In this document: positions 53,513-64,000 of the stretch, piece after piece
How the letters are laid out: the number at the start of each line of letters is the position of its first letter
How positions within the stretch are numbered: position 1 is the first letter of the stretch
NCBI RefSeq assembly: GCF_036588685.1
Contig: NC_086375.1
Location: 52,266,001-52,330,000 of the forward strand
Direction: 5' to 3'
DNA length: 64,000 bases
Source of the DNA: Mytilus trossulus
Lineage: Eukaryota
Notes under the pieces: generated by a model
The model's database searches: none
What the model saw: only the letters and a program-made list of their open reading frames with translations
What the model was told of the DNA's origin: nothing
Translations under genes and position numbers: made by a program

Positions 53513-53951
53513 AGACCTTCATACCAGACTCGATCGAAAGCACAACTTATATACATAAAAAAAAGACCACACGAATCTCTTTTTTTCTGGGTCAAGAGCT
53601 TTGCCAAATAAATCTGTTACGTGTACAAAATGTTCAAGGCATGAAACCTGACTTTGCACTTGCTATCATATTATATTTTTATTATAACACAACGTTCTAT
53701 ACTTTTACCAATGATAGACAAAAGTGATATCTGTCAATAGTACAAGCGGCTAACTAGTACATTGTAATATACAATGAAGTCCATATATAACTTCAATCAA
53801 AATTTAAAGCAATACAATAACCAATAGTACAGGTACCTAATAAAAATATTGTGAACAAATCTAGCTAAATCTTTATATTCATCAATATATGTCCATACTT
53901 TATGGTACACAGACATTGCTATTGATCCACAACATTTTTACATGTATGTGT

Positions 53952-56900
53952 TCATACTATATGGTATATAGACAATGCTTGTGCTCCTCCACAAATATAA
54001 GCATTGTCACCATTACAGGCGACGTTACATCCATTCACTGAATCCTGCAAAAAGCCAGATATATCCGATCCACACGTACACTCGTGACCAATCTAAAATA
54101 TTAAAAACCGAAAGATCAATATATTCTGCACAAATTTTTAAAATTCATGTGCACAGTTTTACAATTACTCTAATAATTCTAAAATCATATACAACTACTT
54201 TCATAATTCTACAATCATATACAATTACTTTCCTTATTCTTGTATTACTTAATCCACGTACACAATTTTATATTTATTTTCATATTTCTGCCAAGATCCA
54301 AGTCACGTTTACAGTTTTAAATTTAATTGCATAATTTTGCAATGATTTCTTTTAAGTTCACAGTTTTAAAGCTATATGCATATTTTTGCAATTATTTGAA
54401 CATTTATGCAACAATTTACGTACGTCGAATGCACAGTATTCATATAATTCTGAAAGTAAGACATATCAAATATTTTAGCACAATTTTACAAAATCATTTT
54501 TTTTTTAATTAACACCATTGATTGGAAATTCCAATTATTTATATTAAATCTACAAAACTGATAAAGTATTTCAACCTCAAATTGAGGACGAAAATTTTGC
54601 AAACCATATAGTAAAGTAAAACTGGTTTAGGTTTATGCATGTCTTTCCGAGCAATTTCAATCGATTTTTAAGTTTGAAACGTATCCAAGTCATATAGAAA
54701 CCAGATGAACAGATAATGTTTTTGCATTTACGAATTTTCAAAGAAAACTTATATTAAGACGGTTTGTTTAAACGTTTTCCCATTTATATACAAAAATGCT
54801 ATATATACAGGCATGCAAATAGATAAGTATATCAAATCACAGTACTCATTACCCGAAGTGCAGCGTATTCATAAGACTCTTTGATGCATGCGTCCACACA
54901 AATCAGTGGAGTGATGGAAGGGAAGTTAAGTTCAACGGAGAAATGTCCCCAGTAACATCCACTAAATGAATACGCTTCTGTAAACAATAAATGTATATAT
55001 ATACGATAAATTTAGTAACATTTATGATGGTGTATAAATTACGGAAACCTTTTACTTTATATTTATATTTTTTTTAAATGAACAACGGTTTATTGTTAAC
55101 ACTTATATGTAACGTTATAAACACTAGCATTGGAATTTTCGTCCGGTCATTTAATAGAATGATGCAAGGTGTATATACATGTAGACCATGTGATGCTTTT
55201 CGTCATGATGCTTTGGTAAAGAAATGTCTTTTCTGGGTTCCTGTATCTCGTTATAACCTAATATTGATCGCAAACACTAGTAAACTTTGTATTCCTCGTC
55301 CAAATATAATATAATGTATACATGTATTGGTAAAAAAGCGTTGAGTCGTCATAGTTTACCACACATTATTATGACACATACCTGGATTATTCCCTAAAAT
55401 TTGAAATAAGATCGACGCATATTGAGTGTTGCACTAGTCAAACCATTACATTTATAAAAGTATCAATATGGATGTTCAAAATACCGGATTCATAAGTATA
55501 TGACGATATCAAATTCGGAGAAATAAATGAAAATTTCCCTGTTCCTTGCTTGTATTCAAATAATTGACTAAAATCACAATGGACCGACCCTATTTCACAA
55601 TGGACGATGACAGAAAGCAATAAGATGATTTTTCAATAGGCGCAAAGGATACTTTGAGTCTTTGAAATGAAGTGGCGCAGAAGTACCATTGGCCTAAATG
55701 AGTTCATTTTTGGCGCAAAAAAATATGCCCGTAAAACGTATATAAAAACAAATAAGTATAACGCATATCTTAAATTATTCTCACTCGAATGCAAATGAAA
55801 ATTGGATATTCAACTCACTACGAGTCTTATAATAACAAACACGATATACCTTTTATTTTATTTATGAATTAAAAATACATGTTTATGTACAGGCATTTTC
55901 TATATATAGGCATTTTCTTGAAAAACAAAAATTTTAACACATTTTCTAAAATAGTTGCCTATGCAATTAAGACATTTTAAAATTTGACGTTTTTTTATGG
56001 CAATCTAAAAAGACCTGAAATCTTTTAAAGGCTAATACTATACAACATGACTGAAAATATAGAAAAAAAAAATGAAATGTACAAACAATATAAAACAAAT
56101 GGAAAAAACAAACAGATCAGTTAATTTTATAAGGGAATAGCATGCAAATGTTAACAGATAAAGTTATTTAAATTGAATTTATGAGTTTAAAACACAATAA
56201 CTGAGATAAAATTTGGTGCAAAAAAAATAAATCATCTCAATGCATTACCGATTGATTGTGTCACGCTACACGTCAAGTCACAAGTATTTTATGAATATAT
56301 TTAGTACGGTCTATACGGGGACATAACAAACGATTCGCTATGCAAGATTATACAAAAGTTGTAAAGTAATTTGTTATGTGTAATCATATCATTTATTTGA
56401 TTTCACCTTTTCTACACCTTCTTATTCGGTGTGCATTGACATATATCGTTAACACAGCCGCCATGATACTTACTCTGACATGCAATAATCTCTAGCATAG
56501 TTCGGAGTACAGTGACATTTATCGTTAACAAGGTCGCCATGATACTTACTCTGACAATAATCTCCAGCATAGTTCGGTGTACATTGACGTATATCGTTAA
56601 CACAGTCGCCATGATACTTACTCTGACAATAATCTCCAGCATAGTTAGGTGTACATTGACATATATTGTTAACACAGTCGCCATTATACTTACTCTGACA
56701 ATAATCTCCAGCATAGTTCGGTGTACATTGACATATATCGTTAACACAGTTGCCATGATACTTACTCGGACAATAATCTCCAGCTTAGTTCGGTGTACAT
56801 TGACATATATCGTTAACACAGTCGCCATGATACTTACTCTGACAATAATCTCCAGCATAGTTCGTTGTACATTGACATATATCGTTAACACAGTCGCCAT

Positions 56901-59900
56901 GATACTTACTCTGACAATAATCTCCAGCATAGTTCGGTGTACATTGACATATATTGTTAACACAGTCGATATGATACTTACTCTGACAATAATCTCTAGC
57001 ATAGTTCGGTGTACATTGACATATATCGTTAACACAGTACCCATGATACTTACTCTGACAATAATCTCAAGCATAGTTCGGTGTGCATTGACATATATCG
57101 TTAACACAGTCGCCATGATACTTACTCTGACAATAATCTCCAGCATAGTTCGGTGTACATTGACATATATTGTTAACACAGTTGCCATGATACTTACTCT
57201 GAAAATAATCTCCAGCATGGTTCGGTGTACATTGACATATATCGTTAACACAGCCGCCATTATACTTACTCTGACAATAATCTCTAGCATAGTTCGGTGT
57301 ACATTGGCATATATCGTTAACACAGTCGCCATGATACTTACTCTGACAATAATCTCTAGCATAATTCGGTGTACATTGACATATATCGTTAACACAGTCG
57401 CCATGATACTTACTCTGACAATACTCTCCAGCATAGTTCGGTGTGCATTGACATATATCGTTAACACAGTCGCCATGATACTTACTCTGACAATAATCTC
57501 CAGCATAGTTCGGTGTACATTGACATATATCGTTTACACAGTCGCCATGATACTTACTCTGACAATGATCTCTAGCATAATTCGGTGTACATTGACATAT
57601 ATCGTTAACACAGTCGCCATGATACTTACTCTGACAATAATCTCCAGCATGGTTCGTTGTACATTGACATATATCGTTAACACAGTCGCCATGATACTTA
57701 CTCCGACAATAATCTCCAACATAGTTCGGTGTACATTGACATATCTCGTTAACACAGTCGCCATGATACTTACTCTGACAATAATCTCCAGCATAGTTCG
57801 GTGTACATTGACATATATCGTTAACACAGTTGCCATGATACTTACTCTGACAATAATTTCCAGCATAGTTCGGTGTACATTGACATATATCGTTAACACA
57901 GTCGCCATGATACTTACTCTGACAATAATCTCCAGCATAGTTCGGTGTACATTGACATATATCGTTAACACAGTCGCCATGATACTTACTCTGACAATAA
58001 TCTCCAGCATAGTTCGGTGTACATTGACAAATATCGTTAACACAGTCGCCATGATACTTACTCTGACAATAATCTCCAGCATAGTTCGGTGTACATTGAC
58101 ATATATCGTTAACACAGTCACCATGATACTTACTCTGACAATAATTTCCAGCATAGTTCGGTGTACATTGACATATATCGTTAACACAGTCGCCATGATA
58201 CTTACTCTGACAATAATCTCCAGCATAGTTCGGTGTACATTGACATATATCGTTAACACAGTCGCCATGATACTTACTCTGACAATAATCTCCAGCATAG
58301 TTCGGTGTACATTGACAAATATCGTTAACACAGTCGCCATGATACTTACTCTGACAATAATCTCCAGCATAGTTCGGTGTACATTGACATATATCGTTAA
58401 CACAGTCGCCATGATACTTACTCTGACAATAATCTCCAGCATGGTTCGGTGTACATTGACATATATTTTTAACACAGTCGCCATGATACTTACTCTGACA
58501 ATAATCTCTAGCATAGTTCGGTGTACATTGACATATATCGTTAACACAGTCGTCATGATACTTACTCTGACAATAATCACCAGCATAGTTCGGTGTACAT
58601 TGACATATATCGTAAACACAGTCGCCACGATACTTACTCTGACAATAATCTCCAGCATGGTTCGGTGTACATTGACATATATCGTTAACACAGTTGCCAT
58701 GATTTTGGCATGACTTGATAAGACACGACAATGCTGAAAATAAATAAAGATATGATGACTAACGACGTACAATATTAAACTTTATTCTTAAACAAAACCT
58801 AATTGAACAGGGTTAGTAAGTGTTATTAACTCTCAAACAATATGTAAAAACAGTAGAGAATAACAAGTTATTAAAACAATTATAGTCAGGAGTTTGCTGT
58901 TCAGTGGTTATCATTACAGGTTAAATCCTATGCCACAATGAAACTGTATATAACGCCACATGCGGGGTGTCAGCTCTGTTTGACACGGGGTGGCGTTTTG
59001 GAAGCGAAGAAAAACTGTCAAAGTAAGTTCAAGTATCAACATTTCTTTATTTAGAATTCTTAGTACGATATAATGTACTGTATGGAAGGAACTAGCACAC
59101 AATCTATCTCCTGCAAGCAAACTGAGAAAACAAATTGCCACCCCGTGTCAAACATAGCCGACACCCCGCATATGGCGTTCTACACGGTGAATGATATAAA
59201 AAAGGATTAAGGCCCTGATGGCTTATTTAAAGATCCTGTTTATCTTATCAATTTTAATTGTTTACGTTTTTTAAGATCATAAACAACTCCAGAATGTAAT
59301 ATATTGGTCACAATCCAAGGCCAATAACTTTGATATGAGTTGGCTAGTGATTTCGGTTGTGTCGACAAATTTGAAAATCTTGTATTTTTGACCAATTTTG
59401 GTCATTAAGGTGGTACCCAACACTTTTACTTAAGTTAATTTGACTCGTTTAATTTTCATAACATTTTGTCAAAGTAGTAACTTTGACCTTTTAACAAAAA
59501 TATAAAAATTTCAAAAACTTTCAACCAACCGTTTTGTCAGAGAAATTACACTGGTTATTATATAATATAGCAGTTTGACAAACACCAATTTTGATCATTG
59601 AGAAGTTTGATATTCCCTTTACAACACAATGTAATTAAAACGTTTAGCTGATTTTACAGAGTTATCTCCCTGTAGTGTTACAGTAGGTACCACCTTAATT
59701 AAATATTATTAAGGCGAAATGAGAATAAGCCTCTCTTACTATTTTTTTCCCTACATTATGTGTAAAACTAATATAAGGAAGAGAATCAACACCACAGGAC
59801 AATGCCTTCAATAGTAGATCGAATATTCTTATATGACAACCTATTATCGTCAACCAGTATGATCACGATTTATCTACCTTCAGCTCAAACGCAGTAATAC

Positions 59901-62263
59901 ACAAAAAACGGCCAACTTATTAAAACTGCCAGATATTCTCAATTTTCGACATCAAAATCCCCAGTTTACGAAGGCTAAGATTCAGATACAACATATTTGA
60001 CTCTATAGCAAAATATACAAATCAAGCCATTTCAATTTATTATTCATGGTACTTGTCTTGGCATGGCAACAAAACAAGGTAACATTACAAATATGTTTCC
60101 GTAATCAAAAAATGTAAGTACCAGGCGTTTTAATACTTCTTGTTAGCATCATAACAAATCAAATTACATTGAAGGAAAATATATGATTAAAAAATGCGAT
60201 TAAAAAAAATGAAATATATAATATTAGTTATCTAATCAAAATTTGGTAAAACGGAACAGCCAAAACAGTATCGTATATATAAGGCTTTTACGGTTAACAA
60301 AATAACCGAATTGTCCCATTAGTATCGAAATATTCATGGCAGCCGTAGATTTATTTTCATTTAACCATGGGTTGGGCATTTATATTCGATTATTTCACCC
60401 TTAAACGATTTGGGGCATTTGTCATGTTTGTGGACCGTGTCTTTCTGATCATTTATTGTATTCATAAATTCAATCTATATATAAAACTTTAAGCATTAAA
60501 AGCAAACATTTCAAAAACTGGGAAAACTGGGGTCATCAGAAGGTCACCAAGGTTGTGACAGGATTTTGGTTATCGTGACTTATTTTTATATATATTATAA
60601 TACCGATCGTTTGTGATTGATTCTGTTTCAAACCATTTTTAAGTTCAACTTTTGATATATTTGTGAGGGGGAGGACAGGGGGGTAACCTTCTCTCTTCCC
60701 GCACCCCTCTTCTCCTTATTTTATTATTTTTAATTTACCGGAAAAAAGAGATATTTTATTTTTTCATATTTTATTTTTTTCTCCTAATTTTTCTCCTTTC
60801 TCCCAGCCTTCCTCTCCTTTCTCCTACCCCCTTTCTCCCTGTCTCCCTTACCCCTGTCCTCCCCCTCATTTGTCGTGAAGGCCAGTTTTCATTAGTGAAA
60901 GCAGCCTGACTGACAGGAGAAAATCATCTGGACCTTTGATATGAAGCCTGAAAATCCTATTCAATTAAGATTAAAGTCAAGTGCAACCGCATGATCGGGG
61001 TCGACAGTAGTAGAACTACTTAACCCACTTGGCCATCGAGGTCCCTGACTGTTTGTGACAGTTGCCGTCTATCTAATATTTATTTCAAAATATAAAGAAA
61101 ATGGAGAAACACTAAAACTTGTCGTTTCAAGGCAATAACTATTATAAGAAAGTAAAATCACAAATAATACAGAACACTGATAAACTATAAACTGACATTT
61201 TTTATGTCAATAATCAAAAGGTATACTATTTCACCACTCCTAACATTTTAGCCTCTGTCTAATTTCCAGTATCTAAAGAGGTTTCAAAATAGAAGACAAA
61301 AAAAAACACATTTTACCCCATGTGTTCTACTTACGTGTTCGGCCATGTTTGTTGGTAGACGAGGTCATCAGTCACATTTTAAATTAGATTCTGTATTGAT
61401 GATTGTAACCAAATTAGAATTCAAGTATGACAAAAATACGTTCAAACCTTCTGGTAAATAAAAAAAAGTAAATAAAGACTGATGAAAAAACGTCATCAAC
61501 AATAGAACGAGTAACACAACAGTTATTTCTTGACTTGGTACATGCATTTTCAGAAGAAAATGACCCAAGAACTATAGGGTTATAACCAAGCATTTCACAA
61601 ATTTAACGAACTTTAACTATATACGCGTGCACATATTTCGTTAGTTGAATTCAATTTTCCCATTTATTAGAACACGAGCGTGTACTTTAATTACGTTAAC
61701 GCGGTAAAACTGAAAATTTATAATGCACGTTTACTCTGTGCCCGTTCAGTCATCAATAAACGATTGTTTACTACAAATTGCACAAGTGTATTTTTACGTG
61801 CACTTGAAAAAAAACGCACGTTTAAATTTTATAAAAACAGAAGACGCTCCCTTTTTTCACGGTAACGCGGAAGTAAACGCGAAAGCAAAAGTCCGTTTAC
61901 TCTTCACAAAATTAGAAGACATGCCAAGCCGTTTTCGTGTTGACGAGGAAGTAAATGATCAAGTAGACTCATGTGTACTCTTTATATCCATTAACTTTTT
62001 AGATTTAATGCACCGTTAAAATAAAGCACACGAGTAAACTTGGCATTAACTTTGTCCGCCCGTTTTCATCTAAATCTAGGTCTGCACCCAGCAACTGTAG
62101 TGGTAAATGTTAAAGGAAAACGAACGACAAAAGACGGCAAGAATAGCCATTCCGGCCATGAGAACCAAAACAAAATGTACACTAAGTACAAACTTTACTT
62201 CAGTACCTGCAGTAGGAGTTACGCCAGGGATCATTGTTGTTATTTGGTTTGTAATTGTTTGTC
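53952..62263 (-). CDS. 5'-partial gene: Thr-rich linker + EGF-like domain + C-terminal WSC domain (extracellular protein)
   Basis: Exons in transcript order: 62263-62207 (GQTITNQITTMIPGVTPTA, phase 1-1, weaker GTACTG donor); 58733-58638 (LSCLIKSCQNHGNCVNDICQCTPNHAGDYCQ, 6-Cys EGF, phase 1-1); 54977-54853 (AYSFSGCYWG...TPLICVDACIKESYEYAALR); 54092-53952 (IGHECTCGSD...CNVACNGDNAYICGGAQALSIYHIV*). The last two give the WSC pattern GCY..T...C...C..Y.YA.L...C.CG...C...C.G....CGG...S.Y. Confidence 0.85.
56422..58702 (-). repeat. 72-bp minisatellite (~31.5 units) made of the EGF exon 3' end plus its splice donor
   Basis: Minus-strand unit GTAAGTATCATGGCGACTGTGTTAACGATATATGTCAATGTACACCGAACTATGCTGGAGATTATTGTCAGA. 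Donor G at 58637, 58565 ... 56549 (exact 72-bp steps), then 56473 after a 4-bp insertion. Confidence 0.97.
58638..58733 (-). CDS. EGF-domain exon (shortest form, proximal donor)
   Basis: Acceptor TTTATTTATTTTCAG|CA, donor CAGA|GTAAGT, 96 nt, symmetric phase 1, Cys spacing C-x4-C-x5-C-x4-C-x-C-x8-C. Confidence 0.85.
58943..59188. mobile_element. MITE-like element with ~57-bp imperfect terminal inverted repeats
   Basis: ctgtatataacgccacatgcggggtgtcagctctgtttgacacggggtggc is the reverse complement of gccaccccgtgtcaaacatagccgacaccccgcatatggcgttctacacgg. Confidence 0.8.
59409..59694. mobile_element. Non-autonomous DNA transposon with TTAA target duplication (Kolobok-like termini)
   Basis: TTAA|ggtggtacccaacact ... 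agtgtta(cagta)ggtaccacc|TTAA. GG...CC termini with a TTAA duplication fit Kolobok better than piggyBac. Confidence 0.75.
60665..60867. mobile_element. MITE with 17-bp perfect TIR and apparent 6-bp target duplication
   Basis: atttgt|gagggggaggacagggg ... cccctgtcctccccctc|atttgt. Confidence 0.8.
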
Positions 62264-62595
62264 CTGAAAGTAAATAAAATAAATCTTCAAAGTATATATC
62301 ACATTCGATCAATTGTGAAAAGGACAACATTTTATTTTTTGTTGGTCAAATCTGTATGATAAAGCATATACAACCATGTCTTGCTGTACACTATATTTCA
62401 TTATCGCATTGTTCGATACTCCCCTAGTTATGTTAATAGTATGCGTGTTGGGTTTTTTTTATCCTGTGAATTGGTTCTCAATATTATGATAACTGTAGGT
62501 TTTATATTAAAAAAAAACAGTGTATTATATTGCAAATGTTTTTAAAGCTTTTAAAATGATAATCCTGACAAAATGTGAATCGAGCAAAAGTTTTT

Positions 62596-62992
62596 ATAGT
62601 TATCAAAGGTACCAGGATTATAATTTAGTACGCCAGACGCGCGTTTCGTCTACACAAGACTCATCAGGGACGCTCAAATCCAAAATATTTATAAAACCAA
62701 ACAAGTACAAAGTGGGAGAGCAGTGATGATCCAAATTTCCAAAAAGTTGTGCCAAATACGGCTAAGGTAATCTATGCCTGGAATAAGAAAATCCTTAGTT
62801 TTTCAAAAAGTTCAAAGTTTTGTAAACAATTTATAAAAAATGACCACATTATTGATATTCATGTCAACACCGAAGTGTTGACTACTGGGCTGGTGATACC
62901 CTCGGGCACGAAACGTCCACCAGCAGTGGCATCGACCCAGTGGTGTAAATAGTTGTCAAAGTTACCAGGATTATAATTTAGTACGCCAGACG
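62596..62992 (-). mobile_element. Retrozyme family A, one 353-bp monomer with ~40-bp terminal redundancy; hammerhead at 62631-62672
   Basis: cgccagacg at 62631 and 62984. Core CTGATGA-gtct(tgtgt)agac-GAAAC-gcgc-GTC is intact, with one stem I mismatch. Lies just 5' of the 62263 exon on the gene's own strand. Confidence 0.85.
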
Positions 62993-64000
62993 TTAAAACA
63001 CTCAATGGTGATTATAGGTCCCGAAACTAAAAAAAATCTTCGGAAATATATACTATCTGAATAAAGACAACAGAGTTATGTTAGATAAAAAAAAACCCAG
63101 ACATATTAGGCAAAATGACAAAAAAAGTGGATACAGTAGCCAACATTTTTTTTATAAATATCTCACCCAATATAAAGTATGTTAACTTAGAAAAGGGAAA
63201 TGGCATATAGATAAAACATATAAGAAAACATAAAGTACAAAAAAAATTAAAAAAATACAATAGCACAATAGCGTAATAACAAGTTTTACAACTGAACCGC
63301 GCCATAAAACATGGTAAAAAATTGAGTACACAATAAAGGTTTAAGAAAAGTCGCACGATACTGGTTATTAATTATCAACGACAAATGAATGAAAGATACA
63401 TAACAAACAACGCCAGTACATAAAATGTATACATGAAAACTATCATGACGATTGTGTTATTTGTCTTTTTCGATGAATGTATAAGCTCTGTTTAATTTGT
63501 AGCCAGAGCAGCCATGTTTGTTGAAAGATAAAACATTCGGATACAATTCATAAACTAAAAAACATACATTTAAGGGTTAGAAGTATTATGTACAACAGTT
63601 TCAGAACAGAATATTTTTAAATGTTAGCAAACTTGAACACATTGTGTAAAATTGTCTTAAACTGGCAATAACTCATTAAGGTAGCACTAAAGTCAGAATT
63701 TTCTGACTCCATCCAATTGTTTTTAAAGATTAATTTCTCCCAAACTACTTTATGGATTTTTAAAATCTTTAACTTATGATAAAGCTGAGATATTAATTCT
63801 CTTTTATCTGTAGATAAACTTATTTTTGGTATGATTAATCTCAAAGGATAGTAAAACATTGTGTTCATCACTTTAAACAACCATACACTATATACAAAAC
63901 GTTGTCTCAGATTTTTTTAGGTATGCCTTCAGTAAAAGATATGTTGATTTATCTGCTGTGTGCCAAACCTCATTTCACCTTTCATCTTTTGACACCTATA

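Noticed and set aside
57067-57069. In-frame TGA as selenocysteine or programmed read-through
   Set aside because: It replaces a Gly codon in one unit rather than a Cys, and I saw no SECIS-like element.
56512-58713. 733-aa plus-strand ORF and the 364/412-aa minus-strand ORFs
   Set aside because: By-products of a 72-bp unit with no stop in those frames. Only the Cys-rich frame is continuous with a spliced EGF exon.
57067-58731. 554-aa ORF as a stand-alone single-exon gene
   Set aside because: It starts at TTG two nt after a splice acceptor, has no signal peptide, and ends at a point mutation inside the array.

Overview
AT-rich, intron-containing animal genomic DNA. The repeat landscape (two families of minimal type I hammerhead retrozymes, Penelope-like fragments, many short interspersed repeats) suggests a bivalve, probably a Mytilus-like mussel (inference). 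Most ORF-track entries are spurious. Reading splice sites by hand gives four genes. (1) A 5'-truncated + strand gene (9 exons, 2-8526) for a Cys-rich repeat protein with a Thr-rich mucin stalk and a hydrophobic, GPI-signal-like tail. (2,3) Two tandem 3-exon calmodulin-like four-EF-hand paralogues (19245-22092, 23538-26055). (4) A 5'-truncated - strand gene (62263-53952) encoding Thr-rich linker, EGF domain and WSC domain. The most striking feature is in gene 4. The 2.2 kb 72-bp minisatellite after its EGF exon is an amplified exon/intron junction: each unit is the last 64 nt of the exon plus the GTAAGTAT donor. This yields 31 intact tandem 5' splice sites, 30 of them in frame, so donor choice could add 0-21 extra 24-aa Cys-rich units before a nonsense codon. 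The window also holds a ~6.3 kb 32-bp satellite with two variants, several intact hammerhead ribozymes, nested Penelope-like fragments and MITEs. All coordinates were read by eye; no searches were run.
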